Shown here in pieces: positions 8,100 to 18,172 of a stretch of 49,597 bases of DNA. The notes under the pieces are model-generated. The model worked only from the letters and a program-made list of their open reading frames with translations. It did not search any database and was not told the origin of the DNA. A program made the translations under genes and the position numbers. The stretch's first letter is position 1. The number at the start of each line of letters is the position of its first letter. Source of the stretch: Robiginitomaculum sp. (lineage in GTDB: Bacteria; Pseudomonadota; Alphaproteobacteria; Caulobacterales; Maricaulaceae); contig NVVU01000004.1 in assembly GCA_002733485.1 (NCBI GenBank), positions 26,836 to 76,432 of the forward strand, in the 5' to 3' direction.

Positions 8100-11000
8100 T
8101 TAGAAATTCTCGCTTAAAGATAATAATTCTGGATCACCACCCTGGGCTGAAATATTCACGGTCAGGGTTCTTTCAGTTGCAAAACGGTGCAAATAATGTG
8201 GCCCACCGGCCTTCGGTCCGGTGCCAGATAAGCCCCGCCCGCCAAAGGGCTGGACCCCGACCACAGCGCCGACCATATTGCGGTTAACATAAACATTACC
8301 CGCCGGAATGACCGCGCTCACCTGATCAGCAAAGCTTTGCAGCCGCGAATGAATGCCCAAGGTCAGGCCATAGCCCTTGGCGGCCAGGGCCTTGCATAAT
8401 GCGCCCAGATCCTCCTGACGATAGCGCACGATGTGCAAAATCGGGCCAAAAACTTCGCGCCTTAAACTGGACAGAGCCGGAATTTCCACCAAAGCCGGGC
8501 CAAAGAAACAGCCGCCAAGTTTACTCACATCCAGTTGGTGCAACACCTTGGCATCGCAGTGCATACGCTCCAGGTGGGCCGCCAACAGCGCATGGGCGTC
8601 CTTGTCAATCACCGGACCAATATCGGTGCGCACATCCGCCGGGTCGCCAATGACAAGCGCCTGCATCGCCCCGATCAGACCTTCAATCATCAAATCCGCC
8701 GTCTCTTCGGGCACCATAAGAATGCGCAAGGCGCTGCACCTTTGCCCCGCAGAGCCAAAGGCGCTGGCCACCACATCATCAATCACCTGTTCACGCAGCG
8801 CACTGGTGTCCACCACCATGGCGTTCAAACCACCAGTTTCAGCAATCAGCGGCGCGATGGACCCTTCGCGATGGGCCAAAGCCCGGTTGATCCGCGTGGC
8901 CGTATCGGTACCGCCGGTAAAAACCACGCCGTCATGGCGCGGATCGGCGCACAGCACTGCCCCCACATCGGCCCCGGTACCCAATAGAAGGTGTAAGACC
9001 TTGCCCGGCACCCCGGCCTGATGAAACAGACGCACGGCAAATTGCGCCACCCTTGGTGTTTGCTCTGCCGGTTTGGCCAGCACCGCATTGCCCGCCGCCA
9101 GCGCGCCCATGATCTGGCCAGTAAAAATAGCCAGTGGGAAATTCCACGGACTAATACAGACAAAAATACCGCGCCCTTCAAGCGCGTAATGATTGGTCTC
9201 GCCCGCCGGCCCGGGCAGACGCACAGGGGCAGCAAACTCGGCCTTGGCCTGCGCAGCATAATAGCGGCAAAAGTCCACCGCCTCGCGCACCTCGGCAATA
9301 CCGTCTTCCAAGGTTTTGCCCGCCTCGCGCGCCATCAGCGCAATCAAGGCTGGCATATGCGCTTCCAGCGCGTCGGCGCAGGCGCGTAATACCGCAGCGC
9401 GCCCCTCGCCGCCACGGGCATTCCATGCGCTTTGGGCAAGACGCGCCTCAGTGAACGCCTGATCAATATCATCCTTTGTGGCTGCCGTTGGCAAGGCATC
9501 CAGCCCCTTGTCCTCAGGCGCGGTTAGCGCCGTTTTCAACACATCCACATGGGCTTGCTGGGTTAAATCCATGCCTTTGGCATTGCGGCGCTCCGTCCCA
9601 AAAAGGGCGGGCGGCGGCGCAATGGCGCGATTGCGCTTTAAACTGTCCAGACGGGCAAAAGGATCGGCCGCCACATCTTCAGCCGCCACACGGTCGTCCA
9701 AAAAGGAATGCACAAAAGAGGTGTTCGCCCCATTTTCCAGCAACCGGCGCACCAGATAGGGCAGCAGGTCTTCATGACTGCCCACCGGCGCATAAATCCG
9801 GCAGGTGATGTTATCATCGGCCTCTGCCGCCGCCCCATAAAGCGCCTCGCCCATGCCGTGCAGGCGCTGAAACTCTATGGCTGTGCCGCCTCTTGCCGCC
9901 ATGTGCTGCACGGCGGCCAGTGTGTGGGCATTATGGGTGGCAAATTGCGCAAACAATAAATCCGGCTCAGCCAACAGCGTGCGTGCACAGGCCAGATAGC
10001 CAAGGTCGGTCGCCGTTTTGGTGGTCCAGACGGCAAAATCCGCCATGCCCATTTGCTGGGCGTGTTTGATCTCGCTATCCCAATACGCCCCTTTAACAAG
10101 GCGCACCATAAAGCGATGACCGCTTTTACCGGCCAGTTTTTGCAAAGACCGCAAAACCCCAAGACTGCGCTTTTGATAGGCCTGTACCGCCAGCCCAAGA
10201 CCATTCCATCCCGCCAGGCTTTTTTCAAAGGACAGACGATCCAGAACTTTCAATTGCAGGATCAGCCGATCGGCTTCCTCGGCATCCAGACAAAAGCCGA
10301 TGTCGGCTTTGGCTGCGGCCTCGGCCAGCGCCAAAACCTTTGGATACATCTGCGCAAAAACCAGATCCTCATGGCGGGCATCATAGCGCGGATGCAAAGC
10401 CGAAAGCTTGACCGAAATGCCGTTGACCTCGTGCACGGCGCCCGGCCCACGCGCGTTGCCCACCGCCTTGATGGCATCAAAATAGCGCTCAAAATAGCGC
10501 GCCGCATCGCCCTGAGTGCACGCCGCTTCGCCCAGCATATCAAACGAAAAGAGCGCGCCATCCCCATGGGCCTTGGCACCCCGTTTCAGAGCGTTTTCTA
10601 TAGAGCGGCCCAAAACAAATTGTTCGCCCATAATGCGCATGGCCTGCATCACCCCGGCCCGAATCGCCGGCTCGCCTACGCGCCCGGCCAGGCGGCGCAT
10701 ATAGCCCGCCGGATCCTTCTTAAAGCCGCTATCTGGCTCAATCAGCTTGCCGGTCAGCATCAGGCCCCATGTGGAGGCATTGACCAAAAAAGAATCAGAT
10801 TGCCCGGCATGAGAACCCCAGTCCCCAGTGCCAATCTTTTCCGCAATCAAGGCATCCTTGGTTTGCGCATCTGGCACGCGTAACAAGGCCTCGGCCAGAC
10901 ACATCAGGGCAATGCCTTCCTTGTTGGAAAGGCAAAATTCCTGCAAAAAACTTTCCATCATGCCCTTAGCATGGTTGGTTTTACGGGCTTTTTTGACAAG

Positions 11001-11135
11001 CGCTATGGCACTTTTATGGACCTGTGATTGCTCTTTTGCTGACAGGCCACAGCGTTCGCCAATACCGGCCAGCGCCATATCCTCATCGGCAAATTTATCC
11101 GTATCCAGATCGTTCCAATCCAGTGAATCAACCAT
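8100..11135 (-). CDS. putA: bifunctional proline dehydrogenase / L-glutamate gamma-semialdehyde dehydrogenase
   Basis: About 1000 aa. An N-terminal proline dehydrogenase barrel is followed by an ALDH domain with the catalytic-Cys motif FGSAGQRCSALR. Start set at the ATG at complement 11133-11135 (MVDSLDWNDL), preceded by GGAGGA. The track ORF extends to 11189. Confidence 0.92.
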   Translation of the reverse strand: MVDSLDWNDLDTDKFADEDMALAGIGERCGLSAKEQSQVHKSAIALVKKARKTNHAKGMMESFLQEFCLSNKEGIALMCLAEALLRVPDAQTKDALIAEKIGTGDWGSHAGQSDSFLVNASTWGLMLTGKLIEPDSGFKKDPAGYMRRLAGRVGEPAIRAGVMQAMRIMGEQFVLGRSIENALKRGAKAHGDGALFSFDMLGEAACTQGDAARYFERYFDAIKAVGNARGPGAVHEVNGISVKLSALHPRYDARHEDLVFAQMYPKVLALAEAAAKADIGFCLDAEEADRLILQLKVLDRLSFEKSLAGWNGLGLAVQAYQKRSLGVLRSLQKLAGKSGHRFMVRLVKGAYWDSEIKHAQQMGMADFAVWTTKTATDLGYLACARTLLAEPDLLFAQFATHNAHTLAAVQHMAARGGTAIEFQRLHGMGEALYGAAAEADDNITCRIYAPVGSHEDLLPYLVRRLLENGANTSFVHSFLDDRVAAEDVAADPFARLDSLKRNRAIAPPPALFGTERRNAKGMDLTQQAHVDVLKTALTAPEDKGLDALPTAATKDDIDQAFTEARLAQSAWNARGGEGRAAVLRACADALEAHMPALIALMAREAGKTLEDGIAEVREAVDFCRYYAAQAKAEFAAPVRLPGPAGETNHYALEGRGIFVCISPWNFPLAIFTGQIMGALAAGNAVLAKPAEQTPRVAQFAVRLFHQAGVPGKVLHLLLGTGADVGAVLCADPRHDGVVFTGGTDTATRINRALAHREGSIAPLIAETGGLNAMVVDTSALREQVIDDVVASAFGSAGQRCSALRILMVPEETADLMIEGLIGAMQALVIGDPADVRTDIGPVIDKDAHALLAAHLERMHCDAKVLHQLDVSKLGGCFFGPALVEIPALSSLRREVFGPILHIVRYRQEDLGALCKALAAKGYGLTLGIHSRLQSFADQVSAVIPAGNVYVNRNMVGAVVGVQPFGGRGLSGTGPKAGGPHYLHRFATERTLTVNISAQGGDPELLSLSENF

Positions 11136-11206
11136 GGGCTTCCTCCGCGCTGGCCGGTTCAGATTGTCCCTGAAAACCGGCGCTGGCAAGCCGCAATTAC
11201 CACCCT

Positions 11207-12928
11207 TTAATGTACTTCACGTTTGCGGGCTTGCAGATCCGTCTCATCGTCGATTTCCTCGATCAGTGGGCCGGGATCATCAGGCTGTCTGGGAAAGCCT
11301 TCCACACTCAGATCAGGGCTAGGCGCAGGCGCTGGCTTTGTCTTCTTTTCTATCGGCGTTGTTGCCTTAGGTTTGACTTTGGCCTTAGGCTTACTAGCCT
11401 TGCGCCGCCTTGGCTTTCTGGGTTTTGGCGCAGGCGCGACCCTGACCAAGTCTATAATGACCTCGTCTACGATCTCAGGCACGGTATCTGGCGCGACTGT
11501 TTGCGTGGCTGCACTCTTATCAGTTTCGCTGTCCGTTTGCGCCTCAGTGGGTACCGCTTCGTCCTCGTCCTGCCTGTCTTCCAAATAGAGAATTTGATCA
11601 GGGTTTAAAGGAATACGCTCAAAGCGTTCATGGCGCGGATGGATCAGCTCGCCCGCATCGCCATAGGAATAGACCAGCCGCGCCCAATCCTCATCGCGAT
11701 AACCAAAAGCCGGGCCTTCGGGATCAAGGTCAGACCAGTCCGGCTCGGATGGCGCAGAGAGCGAGCGGGTCAGCCAAGCATTGGCCTCCTTGCGGGTGCC
11801 CGCTTTGCGTTCAATCTGGTTCATCAAAGTACACAGCCGCGACGATGGCGGTGATTCACTTTCCAGCACCGGCATTATGGCCTCTCTGGCGGCCTCTACA
11901 TCCTCTTCATCAAGCGCAATTTCGGCGGCAAAAATACGGCTTTCCCGGTGATCCGGGTTCAGCTCGACCAAACCGCGCAAGCGCTTGGCCCGCGCCTTTG
12001 ATTTTTCGTCCTCTTTTAAATCCCGATAGGCAAGCGCCAGTGCAGGGTGCGGTTTGGCCGCCCAGGCCTCTTCGAGCAGGCCAGCGGCCCGCCATCCCTT
12101 GCCTGCGGCCACCAGAAGGCGCGCTGCCAGCGCCGCGCCCGGGGCAAAGCCCGGCGCCGCACCCACGGCCTTTTCGGCCAAACGACGCGCTTCATCCATA
12201 TCGCCGCGCGCTTCGGCCTCACCACTTTCTGCGGCCAGCAAAACCGCCCGACGGCGCTTGGCCGCCAGCGGCACAATATGGCCGCGCTTTTCCCCGCGTG
12301 ATAAGGCGGCAATCGCCCCGACCCAGTCCCGGGCAACAACTTGCGCATCAAAGAGCGCATCAAAGGCCCATTTTGCACCGGGTTCTGCATCAAGGGCCGC
12401 CATGGCCTCTTTTATGGCGGCGGCATAATCACGCCGCTCCAAGGCCGCGCGCACAAGGCCGCGCCGCGCCGCCAGCGCTGTGCGTTTATCGTCCAGCAAA
12501 GCCTGATACTGGCGCTCGGCCCCGGCAATATCGCCTACCGCCTCGGCGGCACGGGCTGCCAGCAGACCGGAAAGCGCCGGACGATCCAACAACAGCTTGA
12601 CCCGTTCCGCGTTTTTAACCGCCCCTTGGGCATCGCCAGAGGCCGCAGCAATAACCGCCTGTTCCAAAGCGTCATAGCCCTTATCCCGGCGCGATTGCGC
12701 ACGGGATTTTCGAACCTTTTCGGGAAACTCAATCAGCCAGCCAAGGCCGCGCCAGAAAAAGGCAAACACAAAGGTCAGGATCAGCAATAAGACAATGGCC
12801 ACAGCGGCACTAGTACGAATTTCCAGCCCAAAGGCGGTGACCGCCACCTGCCCCGGATGGGCCGCCAGCCAGAAGGAAAAGGCCCCGATAACAAGGCCAA
12901 TAGCGACATAAAATGCCAGACGGATCAT
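11207..12928 (-). CDS. hemY: HemY-like TPR inner-membrane protein with a long acidic/basic low-complexity tail
   Basis: Two N-terminal TM helices (MIRLAFYVAIGLVIGAFSFWL... AVAIVLLLILTFVFAFFW) are followed by TPR-like repeats. Its position downstream of hemC-hemD-mic60-like is typical. ATGA overlap with the upstream gene. Confidence 0.8.
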   Translation of the reverse strand: MIRLAFYVAIGLVIGAFSFWLAAHPGQVAVTAFGLEIRTSAAVAIVLLLILTFVFAFFWRGLGWLIEFPEKVRKSRAQSRRDKGYDALEQAVIAAASGDAQGAVKNAERVKLLLDRPALSGLLAARAAEAVGDIAGAERQYQALLDDKRTALAARRGLVRAALERRDYAAAIKEAMAALDAEPGAKWAFDALFDAQVVARDWVGAIAALSRGEKRGHIVPLAAKRRRAVLLAAESGEAEARGDMDEARRLAEKAVGAAPGFAPGAALAARLLVAAGKGWRAAGLLEEAWAAKPHPALALAYRDLKEDEKSKARAKRLRGLVELNPDHRESRIFAAEIALDEEDVEAAREAIMPVLESESPPSSRLCTLMNQIERKAGTRKEANAWLTRSLSAPSEPDWSDLDPEGPAFGYRDEDWARLVYSYGDAGELIHPRHERFERIPLNPDQILYLEDRQDEDEAVPTEAQTDSETDKSAATQTVAPDTVPEIVDEVIIDLVRVAPAPKPRKPRRRKASKPKAKVKPKATTPIEKKTKPAPAPSPDLSVEGFPRQPDDPGPLIEEIDDETDLQARKREVH

Positions 12929-14157
12929 GGGTTTGCCTCCGCAGTTATGGCTTTTAGCCGGGCCAGTGCCTGTTCAAACGAAAGACGCGCCTGCACCTGC
13001 GTTAGCCAGCCTTGCGCTGCCGCGCGTGCGCTCCTGTCCAGATCGCCAAGCGCCTTGATCGCCCCGGCAAGATCATCATCACCCAAGGCCGTCTCGGCAC
13101 GGGCCAGCACTGCATCCACGCCTGTTGCCTTGTCATCGACGCGGCGCACACTGACCAGCGCGCCAAACGCGCCTTTGACCTTGTCCATCATGCCCGGTTT
13201 CGCCGCTGGGTCTTGCCCGGCGGCAGCGCGAATGGCTGGCAATTTTTTCGTAAAATCACGGATCAGCGCCGCCCGGTTGGCAATGCCAGTGCGGGCCAGT
13301 GGTGCCAGCATATGCACATCGGTATTTTGCGGCAAAAGCTGTGACAGGGTCCGCCATTCGCTTTCAAAAGGCGCGCCGCTTTGCGCCGCACTGTCCAGCG
13401 CCAACAGGCTCAAAGCCAGCGCACTGGTTCTGGGATTGTCCGTCTTTTGGGTTTCCAGCGTCAAAAGCCGGACCTCCAACGCCGCCACATCGCGGGTTAA
13501 GGTCGCAAGGCGATCAGTAATCACGGGGGAGACAGCCCCGACACTGGCCGTCAGCACGGGTGCATTTTCTAACGCCGCAAGACGGTGTTCCAGCGTGTTC
13601 AAACGCTCATCATCCAGGGGTGCGGCGGCGGTATCAGGCTTTTGTGCCAAGAGGCGCGCCTCCAATTGGTTCAGCCTTTGGGTTAGCGCCGCCAGCGCGC
13701 CCTGATCAGACGCTACAGCCGGTTCAGCCGTTTCCAAAACCGCAATGCGGGCTTGCAGATCAGCGATGACTTGATCATCCACAGATAAAGGTGCCGGTTC
13801 CGGTTTGTTTTCCAGCGCTTCAAGGCGTGCCAGCAAAGCCTTGCGGGCATTTTCCTCGCTTTGCTTCAGGCGGGTTACATCGCTTTCCAGCGTAGAAATT
13901 TGCGTTGATAGCGTGGTAATGCGGGCTTCATCACCACTCTTTTTTGCGCCAAACACGCTGCCCATATTCAGACCGGAAAATTGCAAGACAATAATCACCA
14001 CAAGGGCGGCAATACCGGCAAATCCAATTGTCCGTAATGGCAAAGGCTTTTTAGCCTTGGCGGCGGCATTGGGGGCCTCAACATCCGCCTCTTGCAGAGT
14101 TTCAAACTCGGCATCAATTGGCTCTTCACTATCGTCGGATTTGCTCTTGTCGGTCAT
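12925..14157 (-). CDS. mitofilin/Mic60-like membrane-anchored coiled-coil protein (COG4223-type)
   Basis: One TM helix (IGFAGIAALVVIIVLQF), a long heptad-rich middle and a C-terminal block GVDAVLARAETALGDDDLAGAIKALGDLDRSARAAAQGWLTQVQARL typical of the mitofilin domain. It sits between hemD and hemY. Start at MTDKSKSDD (14157) is preferred; the track ORF extends to 14238. Confidence 0.7.
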   Translation of the reverse strand: MTDKSKSDDSEEPIDAEFETLQEADVEAPNAAAKAKKPLPLRTIGFAGIAALVVIIVLQFSGLNMGSVFGAKKSGDEARITTLSTQISTLESDVTRLKQSEENARKALLARLEALENKPEPAPLSVDDQVIADLQARIAVLETAEPAVASDQGALAALTQRLNQLEARLLAQKPDTAAAPLDDERLNTLEHRLAALENAPVLTASVGAVSPVITDRLATLTRDVAALEVRLLTLETQKTDNPRTSALALSLLALDSAAQSGAPFESEWRTLSQLLPQNTDVHMLAPLARTGIANRAALIRDFTKKLPAIRAAAGQDPAAKPGMMDKVKGAFGALVSVRRVDDKATGVDAVLARAETALGDDDLAGAIKALGDLDRSARAAAQGWLTQVQARLSFEQALARLKAITAEANP

Positions 14158-14248
14158 GGTTCGCCCGGTGGTTATCAGAATCCATAATGTAAGCGCTGTA
14201 TCGCGTGGCTGAAAGGGTAAACATGTCGCAATGCTCAATATTCATACA

Positions 14249-14968
14249 TCAATGGGGTGACAGATTTTGTACAGCTTCCCTAATTGCCCGCTCATTTGGT
14301 GTTTTGGCGCACACTATCTTGGCAAAACCAGCATCATTTATGCCTTGCGCCACATTCTGGCTAAGCGTGATTGCGCCAAGGGCAGACAAAGAAAGGTTTG
14401 CCCCCTGCGCCAGCTCCACAAAAACTTTCGCCCCGCGCGCTGAATGTAGCATCACCGCCTTGATTTTACCGTCTCTGATGGCCGCCAAAGTGCTTTTTTT
14501 TAAGGCCCCAGAGGCATGCGCTTCATAGGCCTGCCAGGTTTGCAAGTCATAGCCCCTCCCACAAAGCTCAGCCTTTACATCAAAAGAAGTATGAGCCCCC
14601 CGCGCCCACAAAAGTGCGCCATTTTGCGGCGATAGCGTATGGCAAATGTTATCACACAAGGCCCGGGCATCTTCACCTGCTGCTTTACTATGTGCAAAGC
14701 CCAGCGCCCTGGCGGCCTCGGCACTGGCCCCGGACAGGCAATAAAGCGGCAAATCCTTTGCGCCGGCCAAATGTCCCAGCGCCTTCACCCCGTGGGCGCT
14801 GGACGCCACAAGGGCCTTTATCGCCGTAATTTCTGGAAGGGGTTCATCTGTGGGGCGCACCGTAAGAGCCGGGTCCACCCACACCTCATGGCCAAGCGCC
14901 CGCAGGGCATTGGCTGTGTGCTCTGCCCCCGGCAGCGTGCGTGTGACAAGAAGGCCTAGCCGTCCCAT
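14249..14968 (-). CDS. hemD: uroporphyrinogen-III synthase
   Basis: 239 aa. The N-terminus GLLVTRTLPGAEHTANAL is HemD-like. It overlaps the hemC 3' end by 13 nt, the classical hemC-hemD order. Confidence 0.8.
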   Translation of the reverse strand: MGRLGLLVTRTLPGAEHTANALRALGHEVWVDPALTVRPTDEPLPEITAIKALVASSAHGVKALGHLAGAKDLPLYCLSGASAEAARALGFAHSKAAGEDARALCDNICHTLSPQNGALLWARGAHTSFDVKAELCGRGYDLQTWQAYEAHASGALKKSTLAAIRDGKIKAVMLHSARGAKVFVELAQGANLSLSALGAITLSQNVAQGINDAGFAKIVCAKTPNERAIREAVQNLSPH

Positions 14969-15909
14969 CGGATCAGATCTTTGGCCAGTGCCGCAATGGC
15001 TTTGCCTTCTTTTTCACCTAAATTTGCGGCGCTCTTTAACGGATGCTGCCCAAGCACCATCGTCACATCACACGCCCAGCTTTTGGTCCCATCAGGGGTA
15101 TAAACCGCTCCGCGAAAACGCAAAGTCTCACCATTGATCTCTGCCAGCGCCGCTATTGGCGTGCGGCACGAGCCATCAAGGGCGGCCAAAAACGCGCGTT
15201 CCGCCGATAATCTTATGGCTGTTTGCGCACACAAAATGGACATCAAGGCCTGAACCGCCGCCGCATCGCCTTCGCGGACCTGCAAGCCAATGGCCCCTTG
15301 CGCCGGGGCGGGCAGCATTTCATCGGCTTCGATAATACCGCTGGCCTTATCGGCCAGCCCAAGGCGTTTTAACCCGGCATAGGCCAGAAAGGTTGCGTCA
15401 AAATCGCCATTGCCGATTTTTTCCAGCCGCGTGCCCACATTGCCGCGCAAAGTCTGCACCACGCAATCGGGCCTGATCTGTTGTATCTGGGCCTGACGGC
15501 GTAAAGAGGCCGTGCCAATACGCGCCCCTTCGGGCAGCGCCTGCAATGTTGCCGCGCCTTTTGAAATCAGGGCTTCGCGCGGGTCTTCGCGCGGCAAAAA
15601 CCCCGCTAGCATCAGGCCACCCGGCTGCACAACCGGCATGTCCTTCATGGAATGCACGGCCACATCAATGTCCCCATCCAGCAAGGCCTGTTCGACCTCT
15701 TTGGTGAAAAGCCCCTTGCCGCCAGCATCGATCAGGCGACGATCGGTAATGCGATCTCCGGTGGTGGTGATGCGGGTGATGGGAAAGGCGGTTTTGGCGG
15801 CATCCGCACCCGCAATTCCCCTATGCTTTGCCAGCAAAGCCCGTGTCAGACGGCTTTGCGCCAGCGCCAACGGTGATCCGCGTGATCCCAGCTTCAAGAT
15901 TGGTTGCAA
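14956..15909 (-). CDS. hemC: hydroxymethylbilane synthase (porphobilinogen deaminase)
   Basis: KLGSRGSPLALAQ N-terminal motif and a full-length HemC-like sequence. Start placed at an in-frame TTG (complement 15907-15909) with GGAG 8 nt upstream, giving ~318 aa. The track ORF start at 16059 would overlap tsaD. Confidence 0.9.
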   Translation of the reverse strand: MQPILKLGSRGSPLALAQSRLTRALLAKHRGIAGADAAKTAFPITRITTTGDRITDRRLIDAGGKGLFTKEVEQALLDGDIDVAVHSMKDMPVVQPGGLMLAGFLPREDPREALISKGAATLQALPEGARIGTASLRRQAQIQQIRPDCVVQTLRGNVGTRLEKIGNGDFDATFLAYAGLKRLGLADKASGIIEADEMLPAPAQGAIGLQVREGDAAAVQALMSILCAQTAIRLSAERAFLAALDGSCRTPIAALAEINGETLRFRGAVYTPDGTKSWACDVTMVLGQHPLKSAANLGEKEGKAIAALAKDLIRWDG

Positions 15910-15973
15910 GAGTGTGCTCCGGGCGTTATCGATCCAGACATGGACATACGCCTCAAAGAGTGTGCGGTGCAAG

Positions 15974-17080
15974 ATGCATAAACCGCTAAACGTGCTGGGT
16001 CTGGAAACCAGTTGCGATGAAACCGCCGCTGCATTGGTGCATCTGGACGCCGAGGGCAAGGCCCATTATCTGGCCGACCAGATTTACAGCCAGATTGACG
16101 AGCATTCAATTTATGGCGGCGTGGTGCCGGAAATTGCCGCCCGCGCCCATGTCGGGGCGCTGGACGCGCTGATCGAGCGGGCCCTGACACAAGCCGATAT
16201 GAGTTTTGCCGCGCTTGATGGCGTTGCCGCCACCACCGGACCGGGTCTGGTAGGCGGGGTTATGGTAGGCATGATGGCGGCCAAGGCCATTGCGATGGCT
16301 CATGACATTCCTTTTATCCCTATCAATCATCTGGAAGGTCATGCGCTTAGCCCGATGTTGGCACAACACGGCGGCGGTGAACCGCTCACCTTCCCTTATC
16401 TTCTCTTGCTGGTCTCGGGCGGGCATACCCAATTGCTCAGCGTTGAAGGTCTTGGGCAATACACCCGCCTTGGCTCGACCATTGATGATGCGGTAGGCGA
16501 GGCCTTTGATAAAAGCGCCAAAATTATGGGGCTTGGGTTTCCAGGTGGCCCGGCGCTGGAACGGGCAGCGAAAAAAGGCGATGCGGCGCGTTTCTCCCTG
16601 CCAAGACCACTGACAGGCAAGCCCGGCTGTGATTTTTCCTTTGCGGGCTTAAAAAGCGCCGTGCGGCGCACCTGGGAAGCGCTGCCCGTGCATGATGATC
16701 AGGCCCGCTACGATCTGGCCGCCGCGTTTCAGCTTGCCGCCACTGATGTACTGGCCAGCCGCACCGTCAATGCCATGGATATTTTTGCCAAAACCCACGG
16801 CCCCCGCCCGCTGGTGGTGGCCGGTGGTGTCGCCGCCAACACGGCATTGCGCCTGCGCCTGATGGTTGAAGCTGAAAATAAAGGGTTTGAATTTATTGCC
16901 CCGCCTTTGGCCCTGTGCACTGATAATGGCGGTATGATTGCCCATGCTGGCGCCTTGCATTTACGCGCCGGACATAAAGGCAATCTTTCCATCAGTGCCC
17001 GGCCTCGCTGGCCATTGGACGAACAGGCAGCCAAAACACTACCGGCTTCGGGCAGCGGAAAAAAAGGACCAAAATCATGA
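15974..17080 (+). CDS. tsaD: tRNA N6-adenosine threonylcarbamoyltransferase
   Basis: [21 protein letters not shown]... and HLEGHAL motifs. The first 154 codons of track ORF 15512..17080 are antisense to hemC. Confidence 0.92.
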   Translation: MHKPLNVLGLETSCDETAAALVHLDAEGKAHYLADQIYSQIDEHSIYGGVVPEIAARAHVGALDALIERALTQADMSFAALDGVAATTGPGLVGGVMVGMMAAKAIAMAHDIPFIPINHLEGHALSPMLAQHGGGEPLTFPYLLLLVSGGHTQLLSVEGLGQYTRLGSTIDDAVGEAFDKSAKIMGLGFPGGPALERAAKKGDAARFSLPRPLTGKPGCDFSFAGLKSAVRRTWEALPVHDDQARYDLAAAFQLAATDVLASRTVNAMDIFAKTHGPRPLVVAGGVAANTALRLRLMVEAENKGFEFIAPPLALCTDNGGMIAHAGALHLRAGHKGNLSISARPRWPLDEQAAKTLPASGSGKKGPKS

Positions 17081-18075
17081 GTAATGACCTGCAAAATGTC
17101 AGTGTGATTGGCGGCGGGGCCTGGGGCACGGCGCTGGCCCAGACCTGCGCACAGGCCGGGCGCGATGTGTGCCTGTGGGCCCGCGAAGATGTTGTTGTGG
17201 ACAGCATCAATACGGCCCATGAAAATATCCGCTTTTTGCCGGGGGCGGTTTTGCACCAGAACGTGCGCGCCAGCAATGATCTGGCAGAAGCCGCCCGTGC
17301 CGACATTGTCCTGATGGTGGTGCCGGCCCAGTTCACCCGCTCTGTACTGGAAGCGCTAAAAGCACATATTCGCGAAGGCACGCCGGTACTCCTGTGCTCA
17401 AAGGGCATAGAACAACAAAGCCTGAAATTGATGAGTGATGTGCTGGTCCATACCATGCCCCAGGCCATTCCTGCGGTGCTTTCCGGCCCCAGTTTTGCCA
17501 AGGATGTGGTGCGCGGCCTGCCCACGGCGGTGACGCTGGCCTGCACTGATGCGCAGATTGGCCGCGCCTTGATGCACGCCATCGGCACGCGCAGTTTTCG
17601 CCCCTATTTAAGCGCCGATATTATCGGCGCAGAAATTGGCGGCGCGGTAAAAAATGTGCTGGCCATTGCCTGCGGTATTGTACTGGGCCGACAGCTTGGC
17701 AAAAGCGCCCATGCGGCGCTTCTCACGCGGGGCTTTGCTGAAATGACCCGCCTTGGCATGGCCTTTGGCGCCCAACCGGAAACCCTGCGCGGGCTTTGTG
17801 GTCTGGGTGATCTGGTGCTGACCTGTTCGTCCGAACAATCACGCAATATGTCTTGCGGACTGGCGCTTGGGCGCGGGGAAAGCCTTGAAGACATTTACGC
17901 CAAAGGCACCGGCGTCATCGAAGGCGCCGCCACCGCCCCGGCGCTGGCGGCACTGGCGGCACAAAAAGACGTAGACATGCCAATCAGCCTTGCCATCGCC
18001 GCCATTCTGGCCGGCAATATCGGCATTGATGAAGCCATTGAAGGTCTGCTCTCACGCCCATTTCAGGTGGAATAG
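17077..18075 (+). CDS. gpsA: NAD(P)H-dependent glycerol-3-phosphate dehydrogenase
   Basis: Rossmann motif [12 protein letters not shown] and a conserved GpsA C-terminal domain. ATGA overlap with tsaD. Confidence 0.92.
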   Translation: MSNDLQNVSVIGGGAWGTALAQTCAQAGRDVCLWAREDVVVDSINTAHENIRFLPGAVLHQNVRASNDLAEAARADIVLMVVPAQFTRSVLEALKAHIREGTPVLLCSKGIEQQSLKLMSDVLVHTMPQAIPAVLSGPSFAKDVVRGLPTAVTLACTDAQIGRALMHAIGTRSFRPYLSADIIGAEIGGAVKNVLAIACGIVLGRQLGKSAHAALLTRGFAEMTRLGMAFGAQPETLRGLCGLGDLVLTCSSEQSRNMSCGLALGRGESLEDIYAKGTGVIEGAATAPALAALAAQKDVDMPISLAIAAILAGNIGIDEAIEGLLSRPFQVE

Positions 18076-18103
18076 GGTGACATACTGGATACCACCCTAT
18101 TCC
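18069..18103 (+). terminator. 11-bp perfect stem-loop spanning the gpsA stop codon (GGAATAGGGTG-13 nt-CACCCTATTCC)
   Basis: The inverted repeat was read directly from the sequence. No T-tract follows, so terminator function is uncertain. It marks the left border of the low-GC segment. Confidence 0.3.
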
Positions 18104-18172
18104 ATTGCTGCATTTACCGGGTAAGGCATTTGCGATAATGTTCCCGCATTCAAAAAGGTCGGAGGTGGGTTA

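Noticed and set aside
7564-8103. 179-aa plus-strand ORF in the nrdA upstream region
   Set aside because: It is partly antisense to the nrdA 5' end and then crosses the operator-like and terminator-like elements. It is AT-rich and low complexity, with no SD.
10053-13705. Plus-strand ORFs 10053..10883, 11749..12600 and 12857..13705 (276-283 aa)
   Set aside because: They are antisense to putA, hemY-like and Mic60-like genes. Composition is Pro/Arg/Ala-rich and no start context is present, so these are shadow ORFs.
15512-15973. Upstream 154 codons of track ORF 15512..17080
   Set aside because: This part is antisense to hemC. TsaD clearly begins at [16 protein letters not shown] (15974).
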